From Thermoplasmatota archaeon (GTDB taxonomy: Archaea; Thermoplasmatota; Penumbrarchaeia; Penumbrarchaeales; EX4484-36): DNA of 64,000 nt. Within the stretch, counting starts at the first letter, position 1, and each line of letters opens with the position of its first letter. Positions 9,601-18,900 of this stretch are shown here, piece by piece. Location: NCBI GenBank assembly GCA_029932465.1, contig JAOZQA010000003.1:6477-70476 (forward strand). The letters run 5' to 3'. The notes below the pieces were generated by a model. That model was not told the origin of the DNA and did not search any database. It saw only the letters and a list, made by a program, of their open reading frames with translations. The translations under genes were made by a program, and so were the position numbers.

Positions 9601-12600
9601 TCACGATACTTGACGAGTACGGGATTCCCCACGGCAGTGTCATCACAGATGAGGAGGGCAGATACTCCCTTCTAGCACCCTTTGGGGAGTGTACGCTTCT
9701 CGCCACAATGGGGGAGCTTGAGACGGCGTGGGACCGACTTTATCAGTATAAAGCAAAGCCCGACTCTAGGGAACCTGAGAACCTTCTCAACCTGACGAGG
9801 ATCACCATAACTGACGAGCAGGCCATGAGGGTCAAGGATTGGCAGATCAGAAGGAACCTTGAAGTGGATGATCTCACTGCTGAGGGCAGGATATACTTTG
9901 ACAATGACGACAGTGGAAGCTACGACGATAAGAAGGACACCCCCCTTGAGGACGTGAAGGTGACCTATACAATGCTGGGCGGAGACTATCAGGCGGTGAA
10001 TTACACCAACTTCCAGGGATATTATTCCTTCTACAGCATGCCGCCGGGGCATTACCATGTTGAGATGGAATACATGGGGTTCAAGAAAGTTCTGAGCGAG
10101 GACCTTGAGATATCCCCATCGTCTGAGAAGAAGCAGGACGGTGCCTTAAAGCCGGCCCAGATACACGGTTACGTAAGGCTACACGGGGGGGGTCAGGCGG
10201 TGGGCGCTGAGGTGAGGCTCACAGAGGCAGAAGGAGGGCGCGATTACAGCGCCGTGACCGATGAGAACGGCTACTACTCAATAGAGAATATGCTCCCCGG
10301 GGAGTATAAAGTAACCATAGACCGGGAGGGCTTTATGATAAACGAAAGCAGCGTGGGGCTTCAGGAGGGCTCGAATGTCTCCCATAACCTCACACTCCTA
10401 CCAGTGTCAACATGCACTGTGCGTGTGACTGTCCCCGGGGAACTGGCGGGGGGTGAGGAGTTCTCACCGTCAATGGCCCTTGTCCGATTCGTCATGAGGG
10501 ATACGCCTGAGTGGAGGTACTCCTTCTTCACCGGTGAAAATGGAATGGTGGAGGCGACCCTCCCGAAGGGAATCTATGCCGTGCATGTGGAGTACACCTC
10601 CGGTGAGAGGACCTTCGCCGCCATAGGCGAGGTCGACACGAGGATGGGAGGTACGTTCTTCCTTAATATTACCCTTGATGAGGCCTTCACCGTATATGGG
10701 AATGTCACGAAGCTGGAGAACATGGCTATGAAGTACCAGTGGATACGGTTCACTCCGCAGAACTCAACCGGGGTGACCTACGCCTTCACTGGCCCCAATG
10801 GCCTCTTCCAGATAGCTCTTCCCAAGGACACATACGCCGTCTACATCGAGGAGGAGATCCCCGGGTCTATAAACACACATCAGTTCTTTGGGTGGCTCTA
10901 TTCGCCCCCGGGGGAGTACGTGGAAGTGCACTACCACGCGCTCAAATCCGCCAAGGTGAGTGGGCGAGCATTCTGGGACCTGAACGACGATGGGATTTAC
11001 ACCGATGCTCAGAACAGGACGCTCAGGGAGTTCCTTACAAATCCCGCAGGTAACGTCACTGATCTAGCGATGGAGGGAGTGAGAGTCACCGTGAGCTCGG
11101 AGAACGGAACGATTACCACATATACCGACGCGAACGGGGAGTACGAAGTCAACCTCATGCCTGGGATCTACAGGCTTGAGGCATCATTTGGGGGGATGGT
11201 TTCCGAGCCCGCCTATATAAGCGTTGAGGATGAACCAATAACAATGAACGAGGGACTTAAGGACATAAACCTGAGGCTCTCCTCGGAGCCCCGGGAGGTC
11301 TCCCTTAGAGTGTTCTATACAAGGGATGGAGAGAGGGTACCCGCCTCTGGGCTCCCGGTGAAGGTGGAGTCCCTTCTTGACTACATCACATTAAACGAGA
11401 CCTTCGTAGCGGGCCTTGAGGGCGAGCTCACCGTATCCCTCACCCCCGGCTATTACCGACTGACGGTGCACACTGAATACCCCGGGGAGCCCAGGGTTTT
11501 GTACAATGGCTCTTCGAGCATCGTTGTACCCCCCGGTGAGGGGATTTACCCTATAGAGTTTGAAATAGAGAAATGGGTGGAGCAGGAGTTGACGGTCAGA
11601 TATGACGGGGTGGACCTGAACAGTGTTACGCTTCGCTTCATATCAGTCTCCCGGGAATACTCCTTCGTTACGGATCAAGAAGGGAGGGCAAGGGTATATC
11701 TTCCAGAGGGCAACTACACCGTAGCTCTAAGCCACCTCTTCGGCGTCCACCACCTGCTCTACATTCAGCAGCATTCACTCATAGAGGGCATCTGGGACCT
11801 TCCAGAGAGCGTAGAGCCCGTGGAAGGCTACGAATTCAGCGGAAGGGTTGTGGTAGAGAGCGTCTATCTTAAAGACTACGCCCTCAGCCTCAAGCTTCCC
11901 TACTACAGTGAGAGCGTTCCCCTGGACTCCACCGGCGCTTTCACAGCATATCTTCTCCCGGGGAGAGTATACAACGTCTCCTTCGACCTGAAGGCTGGTG
12001 TCAATGTGGAGATTCTCTACGTATACTCGGACACCATTGAGGCGGATGGTGACATGACTGGCGTTGAGATCCGGCCCCGGGAATATGTGAAGGTGGAGGG
12101 CACTGTATTCTACGACGAGAACGACGACCACTTTATAGATAAGGAGGAGAGGAAGGGAGGCGCCAACATCACCTTCACGGACGAGGTCTTCGGAGATGTC
12201 TACACCGTCCAGGCGGACGAGGAGGGGGACTACAGCATATATCTTCCGAGGTCCCTTTTCAGTATAGAGGTGGAGCTCGAGGGCTTCCAGAGGGAGCCCA
12301 AGGACTACGCTAGGAAAATCAATACCACCGTGGAGGTGAAGAAGGACATCCCCGTGCTCCCCTCTCCTCTGGAGGTAACTGGCCTGGCGTTCTACGACGA
12401 GAACGGCAACGGCTTCAGGGACACCGGTGAGATACTCCTCCCGGGGGCGGAGGTAAGGTTCATCGCCATAAGCTTCACAGGGGAGGACGCCACCGTTGAG
12501 GTCTCCTATGATGGAACATATACCGCATACCTCATGCCAGGGACCTACACCGTCTACGCCCTCTACGAACGGGCGGGTCAGCTAAGGTATTCCTGCATTC

Positions 12601-14093
12601 GGAATGTTACGACGGAGATAGGCTCCCCACCGGTCCAGCTCAACCTTACCATGAAAGATGCGAGGGAGTTTACGGGAACAGTCTTCTACTACGACACACT
12701 GGGAAAACTTGTAGATAACCTGACGTCCGAGCCAGGGGACGAGATTCTCTTCTCACCTGAGGGGGAGGCTGGATATCTTAGGGTGAACTACAACCGTGGG
12801 GTTTTCCGCGCCAAACTGCCTGTGGGTAACTACTCGGTGAAGATCGTTACTGTGAGGGAGGAGCTAGGTATTTCGATGACCTATCGGTACGAGGGCAAGA
12901 TTACCCTGAGGCTCAACACCACGGCGGATGAGCTTGCCTTCAGGCTTGAGAAGGTCAAAGAATACATAATAAAGATGGACACTGTGGGGGACGAGTACAA
13001 GGATATCTTCATGAAACCGTATCAGACCCTTACAATACCCCTCTACATTGAAAACCGCGGCAATCTGCCTTTTAAAGTAACCTTCTCCTCTTCGGATGTA
13101 CCTGAAGGATGGAAAGTGGAGTACTCTGTGACGGAGATGCACCTTGAGATCGGCGAGAAGAAGTACCTTCACGCCAACATCACCGCCCCCGCCAAGCCCT
13201 TGGCCCTGAACAACATGAAACTTGAGGCCCGCTCTGAGGGCGGGTACAGAAGCAACGTCCAGCTTCTGGTTCGAACGCCTCAGTACCACTCCTTCGAGAT
13301 AATAACTGATGCACCCACCTACAAAGGGGTCGCTTTCGAGCAGAGGCTGACCTACAACCTAACTGTGAAAAATACCGGTAACGGGGATGAAATAGTCCAC
13401 CTCAGAGTTATACCACCGCCGGAGGAGATAGAGGGGTGGGAGGTTCTAATAGAGGGAGATAAGTTGAGCGCAGAGGGCAAGAACCTTTCCCTGGGAGGTT
13501 TCGGAGAGAGACAGCTTCACATCGAGATCACCGTTCCCAACTCCACCCAGGCCTCCTACGGAGACAGCCTACATCTGCTTATAACAGGTGTAGATAGGCT
13601 CGGGCTAAAGAATAAGAGCGTTGAGATGACCTTCGAGATAAGACGTCCCGACCTGAAGGTGTTGGACGTGAAGTTCACAAACCTTGACCTCAAAAACAAG
13701 GTGCTCAATCGCACTGTGGTGGCCAATGTGACTGTTGCCTCCTTCGACAGAGAAGTGGCTGGCGTGAGAGTGGTTCTTAAGGTGGATGGGAAGGAAGTTG
13801 GTAACAAGACCGTGGACTATATACCTCAGGACGGCGCGGAGCATGTAGAGTTCGAATTCAACGTGACAATAGAGGGCATAGAGGAGGACTCCAAACATAC
13901 CTTTGAGGTGGTGGTGGATCCACAGAACGAGATCGAGGAAGAGAACGAAGCGGACAACCTCTACAGGGTGAAAAAACTTGTAGGGGAGGAGCCGCCTAGC
14001 CTTCTCAATCCCAGAGTGATAGCCTTTGTGATATCTATTGTGGTTATGACGGTGATTCTGATCGTCTGGTATCGGAGGAAGCATCCTTTCTGA
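6606..14093 (+). CDS. aglB: Archaeal oligosaccharyltransferase AglB/STT3. N-terminal multi-TM catalytic core, fused to about 12 CarboxypepD_reg/Cna-B-like beta-sandwich repeats, CARDB/Ig-like domains, and a second C-terminal TM anchor. 2,495 aa.
   Basis: TM1 followed by GNDPYYHKR (first-loop acidic motif). About 13 TM helices. WWDYGFW motif at aa ~640. The C-terminal 1,700 aa contain repeats of G-R-V-x-D-x-x-G-x-P-V-x-G-V-x-V and YDENDDGxxD..E motifs. Terminal VIAFVISIVVMTVILIVWYRRKHPF. The start is uncertain; the Arg-rich N-terminus is preceded by GGTGA. Confidence 0.8.
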   Translation: MARKARRGERKRARARREIALGGIAKRAAEQVARREEEIREELVSLKGYLRRERRTVLALLGIFLLAFFLRTYVYYTLSFESWPPVTAGNDPYYHKRVIDYIQTYHTHIRHDSMLNYPVVGGNPRPPIFDWSIALLGMLLGPMFGGARAVTWIIFEFYPAFWGALTVIPVYLLTKQAFDKKSGLLASLFIALTPAHIERSPLGFSDHDSFVVFFVVLSLYFLTRSFSHLPEKKWVADYRKPSEVILGLKRFFEENKLVTGYALLAGLSLSAITLTWEGFPYIMVILVVYYFIQLLIDRFRNTDSLGLFIVMTIVLGLPMFLSLPYYYLFSITTWMVAFFLLLAVLFLGLIIVPTRDYPWLLVLPTLGVIIAVVYLILAKGFPEMAQLIFTGRGYFVKSKLYSTIAEAQPPDISRVIFSFGVAGFFLALTGILLSIMQIPKNLKRDYLLIVVWTTVAIYMALSAVRFVFNATPAFAVLAGWVTWRIVEKFDAKMQSLSLSLLGAGTFLVNLGIISYASDKGLTDEFYVKYFPYIVFAIALAIGYGYYLHMKYRVKNPRFKLRKVTVGVLVGFFIMYPYVVVASDAAVPYEKKRDIDPTGEYMGAFGHSLPGEYWIASFDWLSKQDADLPPEERPAFISWWDYGFWCVYMGQHPTAADNFQYGYQFAGSFIASTDEDEAIALMIARILEGDFIGNQGEFSKEVADIMKDYLNYTTDPSDYMRLVDIYSHPDKYVDEVEARPEVYGHYVDITPMNAKYAAAKVLILSGGEERMVELYGRLREATGKSLRYFAVDSRLFPFSASNTGIFYAPIKLADRDLNDYLEYYAYAQKNYGTDQNPDWRDLPDNPISMDELEKWAKDEPHKYRVKRYELHYTENFYKSMFYKAYIGYGPEDIGMSMDGVSVPAMKGSLQNYPPMQGWNMSHFRLVYRTMYWSPKDEKNSTTEDYIPMSYKEAVEKYEKEGGDIKSGLGQGVYYLKYYDGAVISGRVLTKSGVPVPGVRITILDEYGIPHGSVITDEEGRYSLLAPFGECTLLATMGELETAWDRLYQYKAKPDSREPENLLNLTRITITDEQAMRVKDWQIRRNLEVDDLTAEGRIYFDNDDSGSYDDKKDTPLEDVKVTYTMLGGDYQAVNYTNFQGYYSFYSMPPGHYHVEMEYMGFKKVLSEDLEISPSSEKKQDGALKPAQIHGYVRLHGGGQAVGAEVRLTEAEGGRDYSAVTDENGYYSIENMLPGEYKVTIDREGFMINESSVGLQEGSNVSHNLTLLPVSTCTVRVTVPGELAGGEEFSPSMALVRFVMRDTPEWRYSFFTGENGMVEATLPKGIYAVHVEYTSGERTFAAIGEVDTRMGGTFFLNITLDEAFTVYGNVTKLENMAMKYQWIRFTPQNSTGVTYAFTGPNGLFQIALPKDTYAVYIEEEIPGSINTHQFFGWLYSPPGEYVEVHYHALKSAKVSGRAFWDLNDDGIYTDAQNRTLREFLTNPAGNVTDLAMEGVRVTVSSENGTITTYTDANGEYEVNLMPGIYRLEASFGGMVSEPAYISVEDEPITMNEGLKDINLRLSSEPREVSLRVFYTRDGERVPASGLPVKVESLLDYITLNETFVAGLEGELTVSLTPGYYRLTVHTEYPGEPRVLYNGSSSIVVPPGEGIYPIEFEIEKWVEQELTVRYDGVDLNSVTLRFISVSREYSFVTDQEGRARVYLPEGNYTVALSHLFGVHHLLYIQQHSLIEGIWDLPESVEPVEGYEFSGRVVVESVYLKDYALSLKLPYYSESVPLDSTGAFTAYLLPGRVYNVSFDLKAGVNVEILYVYSDTIEADGDMTGVEIRPREYVKVEGTVFYDENDDHFIDKEERKGGANITFTDEVFGDVYTVQADEEGDYSIYLPRSLFSIEVELEGFQREPKDYARKINTTVEVKKDIPVLPSPLEVTGLAFYDENGNGFRDTGEILLPGAEVRFIAISFTGEDATVEVSYDGTYTAYLMPGTYTVYALYERAGQLRYSCIRNVTTEIGSPPVQLNLTMKDAREFTGTVFYYDTLGKLVDNLTSEPGDEILFSPEGEAGYLRVNYNRGVFRAKLPVGNYSVKIVTVREELGISMTYRYEGKITLRLNTTADELAFRLEKVKEYIIKMDTVGDEYKDIFMKPYQTLTIPLYIENRGNLPFKVTFSSSDVPEGWKVEYSVTEMHLEIGEKKYLHANITAPAKPLALNNMKLEARSEGGYRSNVQLLVRTPQYHSFEIITDAPTYKGVAFEQRLTYNLTVKNTGNGDEIVHLRVIPPPEEIEGWEVLIEGDKLSAEGKNLSLGGFGERQLHIEITVPNSTQASYGDSLHLLITGVDRLGLKNKSVEMTFEIRRPDLKVLDVKFTNLDLKNKVLNRTVVANVTVASFDREVAGVRVVLKVDGKEVGNKTVDYIPQDGAEHVEFEFNVTIEGIEEDSKHTFEVVVDPQNEIEEENEADNLYRVKKLVGEEPPSLLNPRVIAFVISIVVMTVILIVWYRRKHPF

Positions 14094-14101
14094 GGTTTAG
14101 G

Positions 14102-15937
14102 TCATAGAACTGAGTAGAAGTCGGGCACTCCTTCCTCCCCTAAGGAGAACTCGACGCTTCTTCCCTCACCGAGGAAATAAAGGAAGAGGTGGGAGAGCTG
14201 CCCGCTTAGCAGGTCAGCACTGCTGGGAAAGCCGTGGGGCTGGGCGAGTATGAATCCTCTTCTCTTGAGCTTGTCCTTAAGCGCTCGGATGGCGGGTACT
14301 GTGGATTCGCCTTCTGTAAACCCTTTGAGGGCCAGGCCGAACTGCCTCTTCTTTATGAGTTCTTTTATTTTCTCATTGATCCCGTCAGGCACAGCCCCCT
14401 CTAGAAGCGCAAAGAGGAACGGCACCATCCCCTGGACCTCCCCTCCATATGTGAGTCCACGGCCTCCTATGCCCCCGCTGTACCTGAAGGAGTACTTGAC
14501 GGACTTCTCAAGGCTGTAAGTAGTTCCGAGTTCCTTCTTTATCCGCCGAAGGATCTCCTCCTCCCCCAGGTATCTTTTGAGAGATGCCTCATCCAGGGTT
14601 ACGGTGCTCAGGAGCTCCTCAAGTTCCTCCTTTCTGAAGCCCCTAGCACCCCACAGTCCTTTCTCCCCTCTCTCTTCCATGACAATGTTTCTCCAGCCGT
14701 GGAAGTAGAGGAGTGACGCTAAGATACCCTTCACTTGGTCCGACGACTGGCGGGGTAGATACACAAGAAGGGGCGGGAGATTCCCCTTAAGAAGACCGTC
14801 TATCGCAGCGCTCTTCCTTCTCTCGTAGGCATCAATACTCTCCTTCAGGTTCTCCTCCTGCCTCTTCAGGTTTATGATCTCCTCCACATAGTATCTCAAA
14901 CGCTCCCGCTCCTCCTCACTGGTGCCAACATCCTGTCTCTCTCTGAGGTTAGCCCTCAGGTCCTCCCAGCGCTCCCTCGACCTTTCCCAGTCTTCCACCG
15001 GGAGGTCCTTGAGCCTGATAGGCTTCGTCCTGAGAAGCTCGTTCAACCTCCTTCTCACGTTCTCAAGGTTCTTATAGAGTAGCGGTAGGGTCCTGTTGGC
15101 CTCAGAAAGAACCAGTCCCACGAATCTAACGGCCTTGACCGTTATCTCCTCAGCTACCCTGCTGAGCCTCCACGCTTCAAGGGCTTTCTCAGAGGTCACA
15201 CCAACGTACCGCTTGACATCCCCGGGGTTTGAGAAGAGCTTCCCCACCACCTCAAGTTTTTTTTCCCTCTCCCCTAGCAGAAGTGAGGCGCTGACGGAAA
15301 GTAGAAGGAGAGCCCTCTCCCTCTCACTACCCCCTACCCACCTCCTCAGAAGGCTCTTCTTCTCAGAGAGCTGCCAGAGGTTGTCAGAGAGAGCAGCAAG
15401 GTGCAGCAGAACCCTCCGATACCTGTCGTCCTTGAATGGATCGGAGAGGGCGAACTCTATCATGCTCTTCCTGCCCCCCTCGGCTATATGAAAAAGGTAG
15501 GACGAGAGAAGGGCGGTGCATGAGGGGTATGTAGCTATCCCTTTATCGGACTCCCCCTCCCCTTTCTCTCGGGGTGGGCTGACGATGAAGTGTCTCTCGT
15601 TCAGAAGCTTGGTGTTTGTGTGAGGGAGGTGGTGGTCTATCACCACGACGTTCTCCTTTTCCCATTCTGGTCTTCTTATGTCCAGAAATACGTGAAGGAG
15701 GCCGTCAGCCAGCTTCACACTGAACATTTCGGAATGGTCAAGGGGGAGGAAAGCAAGAGGCTTCCTGCCTCGCAGGCGCTCTAGGACGTCCTTGAGCAGA
15801 AGTGCGCTGTTCAACCCGTCAACGTCATTGTGGAAATGGACCTTTATCCCGTCGTAGGTCTCCAAATGGCCTCTTAGGGCTTTGAGAAAGCTCTTGGCCT
15901 CTTCTGCATCTACGTCGCACGGCACCTGCTGGGACAT
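14102..15937 (-). CDS. DHH-family phosphoesterase (RecJ/GAN-like N-terminal DHH domain, central coiled-coil insertion, DHHA1-like C-terminal region)
   Basis: HFHNDVDG (motif I/II), VIDHHLPH (DHH motif), a Gly-rich SGGIGGRGLTYGG near the C-terminus, and a ~200-aa charged heptad-like segment in the middle. Confidence 0.5.
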   Translation of the reverse strand: MSQQVPCDVDAEEAKSFLKALRGHLETYDGIKVHFHNDVDGLNSALLLKDVLERLRGRKPLAFLPLDHSEMFSVKLADGLLHVFLDIRRPEWEKENVVVIDHHLPHTNTKLLNERHFIVSPPREKGEGESDKGIATYPSCTALLSSYLFHIAEGGRKSMIEFALSDPFKDDRYRRVLLHLAALSDNLWQLSEKKSLLRRWVGGSERERALLLLSVSASLLLGEREKKLEVVGKLFSNPGDVKRYVGVTSEKALEAWRLSRVAEEITVKAVRFVGLVLSEANRTLPLLYKNLENVRRRLNELLRTKPIRLKDLPVEDWERSRERWEDLRANLRERQDVGTSEEERERLRYYVEEIINLKRQEENLKESIDAYERRKSAAIDGLLKGNLPPLLVYLPRQSSDQVKGILASLLYFHGWRNIVMEERGEKGLWGARGFRKEELEELLSTVTLDEASLKRYLGEEEILRRIKKELGTTYSLEKSVKYSFRYSGGIGGRGLTYGGEVQGMVPFLFALLEGAVPDGINEKIKELIKKRQFGLALKGFTEGESTVPAIRALKDKLKRRGFILAQPHGFPSSADLLSGQLSHLFLYFLGEGRSVEFSLGEEGVPDFYSVL

Positions 15938-15946
15938 CTCCCACCC

Positions 15947-18900
15947 TCACAGCTCATCGTCTTCATCCCAAACGACATATCTTCTGCGCCTTCTGGGGGT
16001 TCTTTCCTCCCCCGGCTTTTTGAACGAGATCTCCTCAACCTCCGGAGGGGGGACGGAAGGTGCCTCTTCCTCTTCCGGGTATTCCTCCTCCGGCGCCTCC
16101 TCGATCTCACTCAGTTTTTCCTCTTCTTCGGGTATCCCCTCACCAGCCCCCCTCATAAACTCTTTAAGGTCCTCCTCCTTGACCTCCACCGCTGCCGGCT
16201 CCACCGGGGACGGCATAGTCTCTTGGGTGGTCACCGCCGGGGGTGCGGCAGCCTCACCCTCCACCATTTTCTTCAGCGTCTCCACGTCTGGCTCCACCCC
16301 GTAGAGCTCTTTGTACAGCTTCCTCTGTTCAGCGAAGGGGTCCTCTACCATTCTCTTTTTCAACCTCATGTTGTAAATAAGTGCCCCTGCTACAGTTATT
16401 ATTACCATGGCCACGATGGTAAGCGGGAGATATTCACCGAAGACCTTCTCCCTCAGATAGGCAAGCGCTGGGTATTTGGACCTAGGCTTGACCAGGACCT
16501 CAACGCTGTATTCAGGGGAGGTGTAGCTTGTCTGTCCATCCTCACAAACAACTCTGAGGCGGAAGCTGTATACCCTCGCTTTCGTATCCTTCTCCGGAGT
16601 GAAAGCGACTCTCAAGGGGTATACTGCCCCGGGGGGCAAGGTGAGGGAGTAATCCTTGTAGTATAGTTCCAGTTTGATCCACTTCTCACCCGCCCCCTCC
16701 CCTTCAAGGTACACGGTCACGTTGTCGGACAGGTGTGCTTCATTTGTAATGGACACCTCCACCACGAGGGCATCTCCTCTCTCCAACGACCATCTTCTTG
16801 GACCAGTGAAGTTGATGCCGAAATCTATAACCTTGAAAATGTCTCTTTTTAAAGAGGAGAAGTTCCCACCGTCCCAGGCGAGGATCTCCACGTGGTATAT
16901 GCCGTAGGTGAGGGGCTCGGTGAAGTTGAGGTTAGGGCTCTTGCACCATTTCCAGGGAACTATGTCTCCTGAAGCCCAGTCCCTGCCCACTTGAACAAGA
17001 TAGCTCACTGCCTCCCCCTCCGGATCCACAGAACCTCCCCACGAGATCCCCGGGGCGGTGTAGGCGAAGAGGCTCTTGAGAAGTGGGCCGGGGGCTGGTG
17101 GGGGCAGGTCCCCGCTGGAGAGCACGGTGAGGTTGGCCTTGAGGACGTTGGAATTGGAGTGTGAATCATTGGCCACCACCTCCACGAAGTATTTGCCTAC
17201 CCTCAGGTTTACGCTTGCCGGAACGTCTATGAAGTTGTACCTTCCGGTGCTGACCCAGTCCATCACAGTGGTTCCAAAGGTGGCTTCTAGGATTCTCACC
17301 CTGTAGGTTATAGTATCGTTCTCTATGTCCTCTGCTGGATCCCACCATATATGTGGGGTTCTGCTGGCGGTGGTGGAGGGATATATCCTCCCTGTGAGAA
17401 CAGGGGGATAGTTGTCAGGGATTCTTAAGGTGTACCTCACCGGCCCGTAGACGTACCACCCAGTGTCCGCCAGGTCCTTGGCCCGGAACTTGATCATGTT
17501 GAGGTTACCCTCTGTGAGCCTGAAGTGGAACCATATGGTAACGTCACCATGCTCTTCTACAGTGTAGTTTTCCACCTTCTTCCAGGGGGTATAGGGGAGG
17601 ACTTCTGAGTGACTATAACAGTATTCAATGGAAGAGATGTTCACCCCTGACACCTCAAGATCCGGCTGATAGAGGTCCCTATCGTAGACGATAATTGAGA
17701 CGTTTATGTCAGGGAATATCTGAGTTTCGTACGGGCTGGGCTGGAGGTTTCTGAACTTCACCTTTATCGTGTCTATCCAGATGTTCACAGGAGGTGACTC
17801 GTTCAGGTTCCCCACCCTGTCAGTGAACCGCCATTTCACCCAGTTGTACTTTCCTTCGTTGGCCTTGACGTCCAGGTAGGCGTAGACGCTTCCGTTGGGA
17901 AGAACGCTGACATGAGGAAGATCTCCCACCCCAGTGTAAATGTCCGAGCCCAGCGTTTTGATGTAGGCTCTTATACTGCCGGGGGCTACTCCTGCCACCC
18001 CGATATCCTTTATCATGAGGTAGCATCTCACATAAGAGGTGTTGTACCAACGGGGGATTATGGGGCCGTAGTCCAGCACTATGGGCTTTGAGAGGTCAAG
18101 TATGGGCCCCGGGTGTACAGGGGAGATGAGGGGCTCTGTCATATCCCCTGACATCACCTCATAACGGTAGTAGATTCTGCCACTACTCCACTCCACTGTG
18201 GTGGTTGCAATCCAGAGGGAGCCCGCCGTATTGTCTCTCTCGCTCTCGGCGGGTCTCATGACGGTTGCCTCTCCTATCTGTTCTGTGCCGTTTTTGTCAG
18301 CGAAGAGCAGGAGGCGGGGATAGCCGGCTGAGGGGTCATCACCATCTATGTCCCTGTACCAGAGGGTGAAGGTGAACTCCGTCTCGTTTGTCCCAATCTC
18401 GGGGGTGAAGCCCCTGTCCTCGAAGATGGGCGGGCGGTTCTGACCGGTCAGGGTCTCGCTGTAGCGGGCGAAGTATATGTCCGAGCGTGTGAAGAGCTCG
18501 TCTCTGTGGTCAGCCCACACAACAAGGGGCCTTCCTATGGAGTTGAAGGCGAGGTGGGGATCCTCCTGCTTTGTCTCGTCGTCGGCGGTGCCAAGCGTCC
18601 GCTGGGTGTCGTCCACCCTCCTGGCGCCCGTCCATGTGGTGCCGTTGTTTATCGTGTAGGTGAAGTAGATGTCTCCTTCGTCGTGAGAACGGTCCACCCA
18701 GGTTATTCCCACCATCCCCGGGGAGAAGACGGCCACCCTGGGGTTTAGCTCAAGGCCTCCTTCAGGGCCGTTATAGGCTAGCATGTTCATGGTGAAGTTC
18801 CTACCATCCCTGGTGGTGGAGTAGTAGATGTCGTAGGAGCCGAGCCTGTTATCGGACCAGACTATGTATACCAGGCCCGTAGAGTCCACTGCCAGGTCCG

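Noticed and set aside
15882-16304. 140-aa Ser/Gly-rich plus-strand ORF
   Set aside because: It is antisense to the acidic cytoplasmic-tail region of the BNR protein. Its composition is the mirror of the sense strand. It is spurious.
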